From positions 10,664,001 through 10,728,000 of the forward strand of contig CATNEN010000007.1 in NCBI GenBank assembly GCA_950097015.1: a DNA stretch of 64,000 nt. The letters run 5' to 3'. How positions within the stretch are numbered: position 1 is the stretch's first letter; each line of letters begins with the position of its first letter. Below, piece by piece: positions 24,401 to 35,000 of the stretch. Source of the DNA: Macrostomum hystrix (lineage: Eukaryota; Animalia; Platyhelminthes). The notes under the pieces were generated by a model, which made no database searches, had not been told where the DNA came from, and saw nothing but the letters and a program-made list of their open reading frames with translations. The position numbers and the translations under genes were made by a program.

Positions 24401-26952
24401 CAGTGGAGTGGGTGAATCTCTCAGTGGAGTGGGTGAATCACTCAATGGAGAGTGTGAATCTCTCAATGGAGAGGGTGAATCTCACAATGGAGTGGGTGAA
24501 TCTCTCAATGGAGTGGGTGAATCTCACAATGGAGTGGGTGAATCTCACAATGGAGTGGGTGAATCTCTCAATGGAGTTGGTGAATCTCACAAATGGAGTG
24601 GGTGAATCTCACAATAGAGTGGGTGAATCTCACAATGGAGTGGGTGAATCTCACAATAGAGTGGGTGAATCTCTTAAAGGAGTGAGTGAATCTCTCAGTG
24701 GAGTGGGTGAATCTCTCTGTGGAGTGGGTGAATCTCTCTGTGGAGTGGGTGAATCTCTCTGTGGAGTGGGTGAATCACTCAATGGAGTGGGTGAATCGCT
24801 CGTATAACTGAGAGATGTCATTCATGCAAACAGCGCGTGAATCCCGCCCAATGTTCGGTCCAGTGAAAGCCGCCCACCTCAGTCTCACCTTTCGCCTTCT
24901 CGGTCTCCCTGAGGTCCAGCTCCAGCTTGTGCTCCGTCGCACCTGAAATGCGAGGCCGGCGAGCGTCGTGGAAGTCAGCCGACTGGCGTAGCAGTTGCTC
25001 AACCAGGGCGAGTTTGGTCGCGGCCTGCATCCCGGCGCTGTCTCACAAATTATCCCAACAACTGGGATTGCTCACTTTGAGTCCCTTGATTTATCCCGCC
25101 GGACAATCTCCGCCCAGGGCTGGAAATTGCTCCCCGAGCACAAATCAATACACAATGCGGCTGGTATTTGGCGATCGATCCGGGCCTGGGTAGGCCTGGC
25201 AGCCGCGGCGGACCGCTTTGATTGGCCGAGGGCCTGGCCGGGGTTGGCCGGTCCTGCAGCCGCTAATGAGCCTCGGAGTAAGGGGAGCTGCTGGAGTGCC
25301 GCGGCCCCCATCAACCTGCTTCTCACCCCCTCCAATGTCTCTGAACCGCAACTGAACTGAGGCGAAATCAACTCAGCATTGCCGGCTGTTGCAGCAGCTA
25401 AGGCCTCACTCTGGTTTGAGCAGTCTCTGACTTCTCTACCCCAGTGTCTCTGGTCCTGGCTTCTCTATCTACTCCCAGTGTCTCTGGTCCTGGCTTCTCT
25501 ATCTACCCCCAGTGTCTCTGGTCCTGGCTTCTCTATCTACCCCCAGTGTCTCTGGTCCTGGCTTCTCTATATACCCCCAGTGTCTCTGGTCCTGGCTTCT
25601 CTATCTACCCCCAGTGTCTCTGGTCCTGGCTTCTCTATCTACCCCCAGTGTCTCTGGTCCTGGCTTCTCTATCTACCCCCAGTGTCTCTGGTCCTGGCTT
25701 CTCTATATACCCCCAGTGTCTCTGGTCCTGGCTTCTCTATCTACCCCAGTGTCTCTGGTCCTGGCTTCTCTATCTACCCCAGTGTCTCTGGTCCTGGCTT
25801 CTCTATCTACCCCCAGTGTCTCTGGTCCTGACTTCTCTATCTACCCCAGTGTCTCTGGTCCTGGCTTCTCTATCTACCCCCAGTGTCTCTGGTCCTGACT
25901 TCTCTATCTCCATCTTCTCTGGCCCAGTCACAAAAAATGCACAAAAAGCAAACCGAAAAAGCGAACTCAGGAAAATTTTTCCCTGCGCAGCCGTCCGGCC
26001 GTCAATCTGTGCTAAGGCAACCGTCCCGCACCCTAATTGACCTGTCGGACGCACCTGCGTGTGCTCGAAAATCAATCCGGAGAATCCCAATGCCGAGGCA
26101 TCGATCCGCATCCCCGCTCCCCACAATGTGACACTCGCCTTTGCCAGCCGCCTCCGCCACCTGCCACCCTGGGCGGGCAATCAGGGAATCGAACCCAGCA
26201 GGACCTGCTCCATTGGGCACCTTCGCCTGCTCCCCGGAGATGCAGAGGCATTAGGGATGCTGATCGATGAGCTCCACTCTGAGCACTTTGAGCACACTGG
26301 CTGCCGACTTGTGGCACGGCGCAACCCTTCCCCCCGAGGGGATTATTTCCCTTTTTTAGGGGATGAAGCGATGAGCTGTGAGGAGCCACCCTCGCCGGGT
26401 CTCGGATTTCCTCAATGCCGAGCCTCTTTTTCTAAGAAAGTCTGTCGCGATGGACATCAATTATTCAGCCCTCTCTCCTGACTAATCTCCTGCTCATGCT
26501 CATGAACTGGCTCAGCATTGAGCACATGCGAGCCCCGGCTCCTGAGCTGATCAGCAACTCACGGTTTCTGGCCGCGACGCTCCCCGTGCCCGGGCGACTC
26601 GCCGAGGCGTCGATCGGGTCGAGGACCAGCGGCGGAGGCAGGTGACGACTGCGGGCGGCTGTCAGGAAATTTTTTTTAATCTAAATTTCACGATGAAACT
26701 AAATTTCATGCCTGGTGACACCCATGCAAAAGGGCAATGAGTACATCTGGTGGCACTTTCAAATTCTGCGTGCTAGCCATGCGATACTACTGAGAGAAAC
26801 TTACTGACAAGAAATGGTTAGTAGTAAATAACTAATATGGGTAAACAGTTATCAGCCTCCTGAGAACACAGGCGCACTGATACTGTTAACCCCACCCTGA
26901 TGTTTCAAGATAAAAGTAACGCATAGTCACAATGTCACCTCGTGGCGTAATC

Positions 26953-26990
<38 letters not shown>

Positions 26991-29900
26991 GTCAGCTGCT
27001 AGTGTCCTCTGCTCAATTTGACACCTGGCAATGTCATTTAAGAATTCGATTTGGGCCCTGTACACCCACATCTAGCCCATCACACCCACATCTAGCCCAT
27101 CACACCCACATCTAGCCCATCACACCCACATCTAGCCCATCACACCCACATCTAGCCCATCACACCCACATCTAGCCCATCACACCCACATCTAGCCCAT
27201 CACACCCACATCTAGCCCATCACACCCACATCTAGCCCATCACACCCGCATCTAGCCCATCACACCCGCATCTAGCCCATCACACCCGCATCTAGCCCAT
27301 CACACCCGCATCTAGCCCATCACACCCGCATCTAGCCCACAACACCCGCATCTAGCCCATCACGCCCGCATCTAGCCCATCACACCCGCATCTAGCCCAT
27401 CACACCCGCATCTAGCCCACAACACCCGCATCTAGCCCATCACACCCGCATCTAGCCCATCACACCCGCATCTAGCCCATCACACCCGCATCTAGCCCAT
27501 CACACCCGCATCTAGCCCATCACACCCGCATCTAGCCCATCACACCCGCATCTAGCCCAGACCAGCAGCCGCGACTCACTTGAAGCAGGGGGCCGCATTG
27601 ACAGCCGCCACGAATCCGAAGTGGCCGGTCTGCGATCCGAGCCGCGCCCCGGGCGTGTGGCGGAACTCGCAGCAGGCGCTCAGCCGGGAGTCCATGACGC
27701 CGCCGATGTACAGGGACAGGGAGAACGGGAAGCCGCGGTGGCGCCGGCTGACAAATGTGAAGTTCTCTGCGGTTTGGGGGCAGTCATTTTTCAGATATGA
27801 GCATATCGCTACACTCTACTTGCAGTAGTTTTGAACGCGGGGCAAAAATTTTGCAATCCTGAGCCTTTGAATTATTGCTTTTTTTGACAGGATGCCGGGG
27901 GTCATTGTTCTTGGACCCTGACAACTCCGTCAATTGTTCCCACAGACTCTCAGAGGCAGCTGGCCTCAGTGCAAGGAATTGCCCGGAAACAATGGACATT
28001 CCCCAACACCCACCCCGCAATGCTCATTGAAATGCCGCCCGCACCAGCAGCTGGTTGCTAATGGCAACGGGGCGTTTGAGTCCAGCCAGAGAGCGCAACA
28101 ACCCGACTGTCCCGGCTTTGCTTTTATTCAGACTTGAAAATTCGGCCTTTCATTGTCTTTTACTTCTTGCAACCGCGTTAATTTGCCGGACACCCAGATA
28201 TGTACAGGCGCTGTACAGTACTGGTATGCATCCGGCAAGCACTTTCTCGAAGGCATATAATCAACTAATCAACCATACAGTTTATGATCTCTCCCGTGTC
28301 TCAGCTCTGGGTTTACTTAGAAATTAGATGGGTGTTGCTGCCCTGTCCACGGACTTAACAGCAGTACACAGACAATGGAAGCGCCATGCAATAGCTCAGG
28401 CTGTGACACTGGCTGCACTTATTAATGGCCAAACTTGGCTAGATGTAATTTTTTGTCGATGGACTAGGCTAGCAATCCATTCTAATCCTTCATCCACGGG
28501 CTAGACTAGCAATCCATTCTAATCCTTCATCCACGGGCTAGACTAGCAATCCATTCTAATCCTTCATCCACGGGCTAGACTAGCAATCCATTCTAATCCT
28601 TCATCCACGGGCTAGACTAGCAATCCATTCTAATCCTTCATCCACGGGCTAGACTAGCAATCCATTCTAATCCTTCATCCACGGGCTAGACTAGCAATCC
28701 ATTCTAATCCTTCATCCACGGGCTAGACTAGCAATCCATCTGTGTTTCTCATCTCCCTGCCGCCAGCGCGCACCGTTGGGCCGCACGAGGCCGCTGAACA
28801 CCCGCAGCGTGTTGCCGCCCGAGTGCTGCTGCATGACCGTCACCTGCTGCTCCCGCGGCTCCCCGCCGGTGCCGTAGAACCGCAGAGTCACGCGGCACGG
28901 CGAGCCGGGCCGGCCGCTGCCTCGCTGATTCCAACGGTCGTCAGCGGCGCCACCGACGCTGTTGTCGCTCGAGTCCAGCGATGGCAGCGAAGCGGAAGAG
29001 TTCGTCGAGGCGTCCGAGGTCGCAGCCGGCGACCAGACAGGCCGTCGCTGACTGCGAAACGGCGGCGGCGTCGGCTGCTGCTGTGCCTGTGGCTGCCTTC
29101 GCTGGCCAGAAAGGGGGAGGATGGACACCTGGGCCAGAGAGTTGGCGATTGGGAGGCGGGAGAATGTTTCAGTTGGAATTGGGATCTGAGGAGGTCTCTG
29201 AGTACGGATTGGGATCTGAGGAGGTCTCTGAGTACGGATTGGGATCTGTGGAGGTCTCTATCTGAGTACGGATAGGGATCTGAGGAGGTCTCTGAGTACG
29301 GATTGGGATAGAATCATAGATGAATATGCTTGATAATTGGGATTAGGTTACGAAAATTAATTCGTCCTTTAGTCCTTAACAGTAGAAAGACAACGGTGGA
29401 TCTCAAATACCCACATTTAACTTTTTCTACATTTACATAAATTTCCAGCCGACCGCCGTGAAAATCCAGAACACGGGCTAAAACTTTCCGCCTATCCGAG
29501 GAAACAACTTTTGATCGCTATGTTGGACTTTCGCGAATATCGGTCATTCGGATTGGGAGCTGTCGTGAAGTAGGCAGTGGGAATTTGAAATACCCCCTGG
29601 TCTTTGTCCAGCGGTGACTACCGTTTAGTGATTGTTTTAAGGGATCTCGGATAAGTTAAATTGGGTGCCACGATTGCCCTGATTGTTGCCAGTCAATGGA
29701 AAATGAGCACAGTGCTCAGCCCAAACGCACCTTCTCATTCAGCAGCGCGGAGCTGATCCGAGTCTGCCTGGGGCCAGCCCGGCCTGGCGGCTGCCGCTGG
29801 CCCAGAATCCGCCGCTCCTCGTCCACGTTCTGCGAGCCGATCGAAGTCTGCCGGGGAGGCGAGGCGTAGAGGATAAATGTACTGAGTCCTGCTGATGTCT

Positions 29901-31253
29901 CCTTCCATATCCCTTGATCTAGGATCTGGGATCTAGGATCTAGGATCTGGGATCTGGGATCTGGGATCTAGGATCTGGGATCTAGGATCTGGGATCTAGG
30001 ATCTGGGATCTAGGATCTGGGATCTAGGATCTGGGATCTAGGATCTGGGATCTAGGATCTGGGATCTAGGATCTGGGATCTAGGATCTGGGATCTAGGAT
30101 CTGGGATCTAGGATCTGGGATCTAGGATCTGGGATCTAGGATCTGGGATCTAGGATCTGGGATCTAGGATCTGGGATCTAGGATCTGGGATCTAGGATCT
30201 GGGATCTAGGATCTGGGATCTAGGATCTGGGATCTAGGATCTGGGATCTAGGATCTGGGATCTAGGATCTGGGATCTAGGATCTGGGATCTAGGATCTGG
30301 GATCTAGGATCTGGGATCTAGGATCTGGGATCTAGGATCTGGGATCTAGGATCTGGGATCTAGGATCTGGGATCTAGGATCTGGGATCTAGGATCTGGGA
30401 TCTAGGATCTGGGATCTAGGATCTAGGATCTGGGATCTGGGATCTAGGATCTAGGATCTGGGATCTAGGATCTGGGATCTAGGATCTGGGATCTAGGATC
30501 TGGGATCTAGGATCTGGGATCTAGGATCTGGGATCTCACCTTTGACCGGCGGAGCATCAGCAGCTCCAGCTCTTCGCGCCGCGGCTCGCCACTACTTTTC
30601 GGTGCGACCGACTTCTGGACTTTGACCAGCTCTCCACTGTGCGAAATCTGCGCACATGGGGGTATGAAGCCATGAAAGTTTCTCATTAATCAATTTACGC
30701 TCATGACTCTACTTTAAATGAATATGACGATTCCTTACCAGGCCCTCTCGCTCGAGGTGGCGCCATTTCGTTCGGCTGTTGAAGTGTGCCGAGAGGTGAG
30801 CATCATGCAGACTGGTGAAGTTGGGTCTTTGTCGAAGAAATCAATAAGTAGATATAAAAATTAGCAAAACTTGTTACATTGGTTGGAAAAAGTATTTCAG
30901 AATTTTTTTACAATTTTATTCTTAAATTCTTTTCGTGTTCATTTATTATTTCAAGTTTATTTATGAAAATATTATTTTATTATTATAAATCAAAAAAGTT
31001 TGTTTCCAATAAGCTATTTTTTTTATTTTCATTTTGTTAAATTTGTAGTCATTTTTATCGGAAATAAGACCTATATAAAAAGTTAGAAGTGTTTTTTATT
31101 TACCAATAAAATTATTTCTGGCAGCAACTCTAGTTACTTTTTAAATATACTGCAAATGTTTCTGCTAAAGTTAAGGACAATAATTTATTAACTTATATGT
31201 AAGATAGAAGACAGTTTTTGCACTTACCCCGAATCTGCATTCAGTTTTAACAT
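12422..31253 (-). CDS. ERICH3: ERICH3-like protein: ERICH3 N-terminal motif + DUF4590 + Gln/Pro repeat + C-terminal PLAT/LH2 domain (~1455 aa)
   Basis: Exons 5'->3': 31253-31228, 30826-30739, 30647-30540, 29847-29731, 29128-28774, 27766-27580, 27024-26939, 26658-26563, 24942-24889, 22296-22211, 21861-19452, 19371-19288, 19196-19140, 17990-17850, 17772-17571, 17061-16893, 12523-12422. All GT-AG, total 4368 nt, one open frame. FTSLHDAHLSAHFNS..RHLEREGLISHSG and QQHSGGNTLRVFSG..FVSRRHRGFPFSL..RLSACCEFRH..RLG..GHFGFV..PCFKC match ERICH3/DUF4590 as I recall it. YKVRFVT..VRVNLVGERSQSG..FLPGSTEEF..DLGRLLKLRV..WMLDRVEV..RFQCGQRL is a PLAT domain. First exon, linker exons and the 17990 acceptor are less certain. 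Confidence 0.8.
12563..14697. repeat. Minisatellite, same 17-18-bp unit as 11067-12016, with higher-order duplication
   Basis: Variant blocks recur at a 980-bp offset (identical ORFs at 13193 and 14173). Confidence 0.95.
15096..15405. repeat. Minisatellite, 16-bp unit GGGAGATTCGGGAAT(T/C)
   Basis: Intronic tandem array. Confidence 0.95.
16429..16614 (+). mobile_element. tRNA-derived SINE, copy 2 (3'-truncated, antisense in ERICH3-like intron)
   Basis: A-box TGGCAGAGCGG, B-box GTTCGATTCC (16483-16492); homologous to 263-482. Confidence 0.8.
17110..17552. repeat. Minisatellite, 23-24-bp unit CCCACTTACCCTACCTGTGTCTCC
   Basis: Intronic array; sense strand reads ACACAGGTAGGGTAAGT. Confidence 0.95.
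18211..19130. repeat. Minisatellite, 20-bp unit GATGGGATCAGATAAGATG(A/G)
   Basis: Intronic array abutting the donor at 19139. Confidence 0.95.
19625..21672 (-). repeat. Coding minisatellite, 12-bp unit CAGCAGCCACAA encoding QQPQ/QQPS/QQPP
   Basis: Lies inside exon 21861-19452; length variants are 12 or 15 nt, so frame is kept. Confidence 0.9.
21896..22196. repeat. Minisatellite, 15-bp unit TGAGCAGTGAATGTG
   Basis: Fills almost the whole intron 21862-22210. Confidence 0.95.
22704..23585. repeat. Minisatellite, 12-bp unit CCTCATCCCAA(C/T)
   Basis: Telomere-like G/C strand asymmetry. Confidence 0.95.
24107..24797. repeat. Minisatellite, 21-bp unit TGGAGTGGGTGAATCTCTCAG
   Basis: Intronic tandem array. 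Confidence 0.95.
25430..25908. repeat. Minisatellite, 33-34-bp unit CCCAGTGTCTCTGGTCCTGGCTTCTCTATCTAC(C)
   Basis: Intronic tandem array. Confidence 0.95.
27062..27558. repeat. Minisatellite, 20-bp unit CACACCC(A/G)CATCTAGCCCAT
   Basis: Fills intron 27025-27579; A variant until ~27240, G variant after. Confidence 0.95.
28467..28738. repeat. Minisatellite, 37-bp unit CTAGCAATCCATTCTAATCCTTCATCCACGGGCTAGA
   Basis: About 7 perfect copies next to the donor at 28773. Confidence 0.95.
29178..29309. repeat. Short minisatellite, ~30-bp unit ATTGGGATCTGAGGAGGTCTCTGAGTACGG
   Basis: About 4 copies near the acceptor at 29129. Confidence 0.9.
29916..30536. repeat. Minisatellite, 14-bp unit GGATCTAGGATCTG (dimer of 7-mers)
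   Basis: Runs directly into the donor GTGAG at 30539. Confidence 0.95.
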
Positions 31254-32073
31254 TTGCCGATATTGCTACGAACTTTAAATATGATTTGTAATAGACTATG
31301 CGAGATGATATTACAGAAGGCAAATTAAATAATTATTCTTTTTTTCGTGGCGAATAAAGGTACTTAAAAATATTTTAATTTTTTCAATAACTGATTGTTT
31401 TCGGCCGAGGTTAGTTTTTTATGAGTCACTTGCTACAAATCGAGGGTACGCTAAAGTATCAAACATTATATTTGTTTTATCAATATAGCTAAATCACCAT
31501 CGTAGTCTCTAAGCGATCGCAAATTTTGCTAATAATTAAATTTTACCATTAAGTAGTAAAAGTTATAGCAGAAATGTTTCATTTGTCGGAATTGTGTAGG
31601 CCAAGCCATATTTAAAGCCTCCCGGAACTGTAGGCCAAATTTATTGAACGTGCCTCAACTTTTTTGCTTTAAAATCGGTTTACAACAGTACACTTCAGTC
31701 GCAAAAATACTTATTATATTCAATAAATCAGTAAATATATGTCGAAAAAAGTCCTGGCATTTCTTCATTTGTTAAAGGTTTAGGGTTAATGTTGATAGGC
31801 TAAAGGTTAGTCGATTTGCGTTTTTTTAAACTGGCACAAATAGTTATAGTAAGGAAAATGCAGCGCTTTGTTTTTTCTCGCCAGCCGCTCGAACCAATCA
31901 GCGATCTGCCCAATCACTCCTCTGTTACCGAAGCTCAAGTTGATAAGAAAACTGCACAAGGTTTCCTTAGCAGCGAGTCATCTTTTAGATAATATATTCG
32001 AGGAATATTTAAGACACGCTGTCTGCGGTTCTCAGAAAAAGATTTTCTGACAGGCGATAGACAGAGTGGCATC
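31254..32073. promoter_or_regulatory. Putative divergent (head-to-head) promoter region
   Basis: ~820 bp, AT-rich and repeat-free, between the ERICH3-like ATG (-) and the nAChR ATG (+). Confidence 0.4.
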
Positions 32074-35000
32074 ATGCGAACACTTTATTTGGCCATTTTG
32101 TGTCTCTGGATGCAACGGACTTCGGTCGGCCCCGTTGAAGGTAAAAATAAATTTTGATCCTCATCCATTTTTCGTCTTCAGAATAATTCTCGATTCCATA
32201 CAAATGCATGCATCTTTATAATATCCGACTTGTGTTAATAATTGTGAGCACGAATTTAAAATAGCTTTGTGAGCACGACTTTGTTGCCTAAGCTTATATC
32301 TGACTGGGAGTGAGCGAATGTGTGATCTGAGAGTCATGATTGTGCGATCTGAGAGTCATGATTGTGGGATCTGAGAGCCATGATTGTGGGATCTGAGAGC
32401 CATGATTGAGGGATCTGAGAGTCATGATTGTGGGATCTGAGAGCCATGATTGTGGGATCTGAGAGCCATGATTGTGGGATCTGAGAGTCATGATTGTGGG
32501 ATCTGAGAGTCATGATTGTGGGATCTGAGAGTCATGATTGAGGGATCTGAGAGTCCTGATTGTGGGATCTGAGAGCCATGATTGTGGGATCTGAGAGTCA
32601 TGATTGTGGGATCTGAGAGTCCTGATTGTGGGATCTGAGAGTCCTGATTATGCGATCTGAGATTCATTCGGGATATGGGATCTAAGAGTCATTGGGGATG
32701 TGGGATCTAAGAGTCATTTTGGATGTGGGATCAAAGAGTCATTTGGGATGTGGGATCTAAGAGTCATTTGGGATGTGGGATCTAAGAGTCATTTGGGATG
32801 TGGGATCTAAGAGTCATTTGGGATGTATGGTTTCTGGAGTCATTTGGGATGTGGGATCTAAGAGTCATTTGGGATGTGGGATCTAAGAGTCATTTGGGAT
32901 GTGGGATCTAAGAGTCATTTGGGATGTATGGTTTCTGGAGTCATTTGGGATGTGGGATCTAAGAGTCATTTGGGATGTATGGTTTCTGGAGTCATTTGGG
33001 ATGTGGGATCTAAGAGTCATTTGGGATGTATGGTTTCTGGAGTCATTTGGGATGTGGGATCTAAGAGTCATTTGGGATGTGGGATCTAAGAGTCATTTGG
33101 GATGTATGGTTTCTGGAGTCATTTGGGATGTGGGATCTAAGAGTCATTTGGGATGTGGGATCTAAGAGTCATTTGGGATGTATGGTTTCTGGAGTCATTT
33201 GGGATGTGGGATCTAAGAGTCATTTGGGATGTATGGTTTCTGGAGTCAAGGGGAATGGAATCAAAGAGCCCGATTGTGGGATCAAAAATGAGGAATCTGA
33301 GAGCCATTAGGAAGAGATCTTCCCTCTCTCTTTCTCGCCCCGCTTATTATATTTGCTTTCTCTGCTTTCGGGGTTCCGAAATGATGTGCAATTTAAATCT
33401 CAACGGCCCACCGACCCCCGGCACAATGGGCGATCAAATACTTGATCCCAGATCCCAGGACAATTATTGCGTCAAGGAGCTGCCAGCTGTAATCGATTTT
33501 TATTCGCTGCGAAATTCAGTTTCCGACTCTGATGGCCGGATGAGCTCTCAGTGAAATTGCCGGCCCAGACTGAGGATCCCATTAGCTGCTGAAGCTTTCC
33601 ATCTGAGGATGAAGATGACTCGCGGCGCGCAATGTCCCAGTCGGAGTGGCCGGAGTGGCTCGCCCACTCGGAACTTTATTCGAGCGAGGCGGCACTTTGG
33701 AAATGAGCCTCCCGAATTGCTAGATTTCTCCCCACTGACCCTCGCTTCACCGAAGCAATACCGCGAACAGTGCTCAACTGGGACTCTACAGGACATTCTT
33801 TTGGGATCCAATACATACTTTTGGAATCCAGGACATTCTTTTGGGATCCAAGACATTCTTTTAGAATCCAGGACATTTTTGGGATCCAGGACATTTTTGG
33901 GATCCAGAACATTTTTTTGGGATCCAGAACATTCTTTTGGGATCCAGGACATTCTTTTGGGATCCAGAACATTCTTTTGGGATCCAGGACATTCTTTTGG
34001 AATCCAGGACATTCTTTTAGAATCCAGGACATTTTTGGGATCCAGAACATTTTTCTGGGATCCAGGACATTTTTCTGGGATCCAGGACATTTTCCTGAGA
34101 TCCAGGACATTCTTCTGGGATCCAGGACATTCTTCTGGGATCCAGGACATTTTTGGGATCCAGAACATTCTTTTGGGATCCAGAACATTCTTTTAGGATC
34201 CAGAACATTCTTCTCGGATCCAGGACATTCTTTTGGGATCCAATACATACTTTTGGAATCCAGGACATTCTTTTGGGATCCAAGACATTCTTTTAGGATC
34301 CAGGACATTCTTTTGGGATCCAAGACATTCTTTTAGGATCCGGGACATTCTTTTGGGATCCAGGACATTCTTTTGGGATCCAGGACATTCTTCTGGGATC
34401 CAGGACATTCTTTTGGGATCCAGGACATTCTTCTGGGATCCAGGACATTCTTCTGGGATCCAGGACATTCTTCTGGGATCCAGGACATTCTTCTGGGATC
34501 CAGGACATTCTTTTGGGATCCAGGACATTCTTTTGGGATCCAGGACATTCTTCTGGGATCCAGGACATTCTTCTGGGATCCAGGACATTCTTCTGGGATC
34601 CAGGACATTCTTCTGGGATCCAGGACATTCTTCTGGGATCCAGGACATTCTTCTGGGATCCAGGACATTCTTCTGGGATCCAGGACATTCTTCTGGGATC
34701 AAGGACATTCTTCTGGGATCCAGGACATTCTTCTGGGATCCAGGACATTCTTCTGGGATCCAGGACATTCTTCTGGGATCCAGGACATTCCTCTGGGATC
34801 CAGGACATTCTTTTGGGATCCAGTACATTCTTTTGGAATCCAGGTCATTCTTTTGGAATCCAGGTCATTCTTTTGGGATCCAAGACATTCTTTTAGGATC
34901 CGGGACATTCTTTTGGGATTCACAACATTCTTTTGGGATCCAAAAGGAGATCTGGAAATCCAGTATGTTCCATTTTCTTATCTGATAAAATTTCAAGAAA

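Noticed and set aside
24943-25320. Longer or additional linker exons (ORFs 24818-25030, 25072-25371)
   Set aside because: Phase mismatch with exon 26658-26563; the ATTTCAG acceptor at 24943 fits. Alternative use cannot be excluded.
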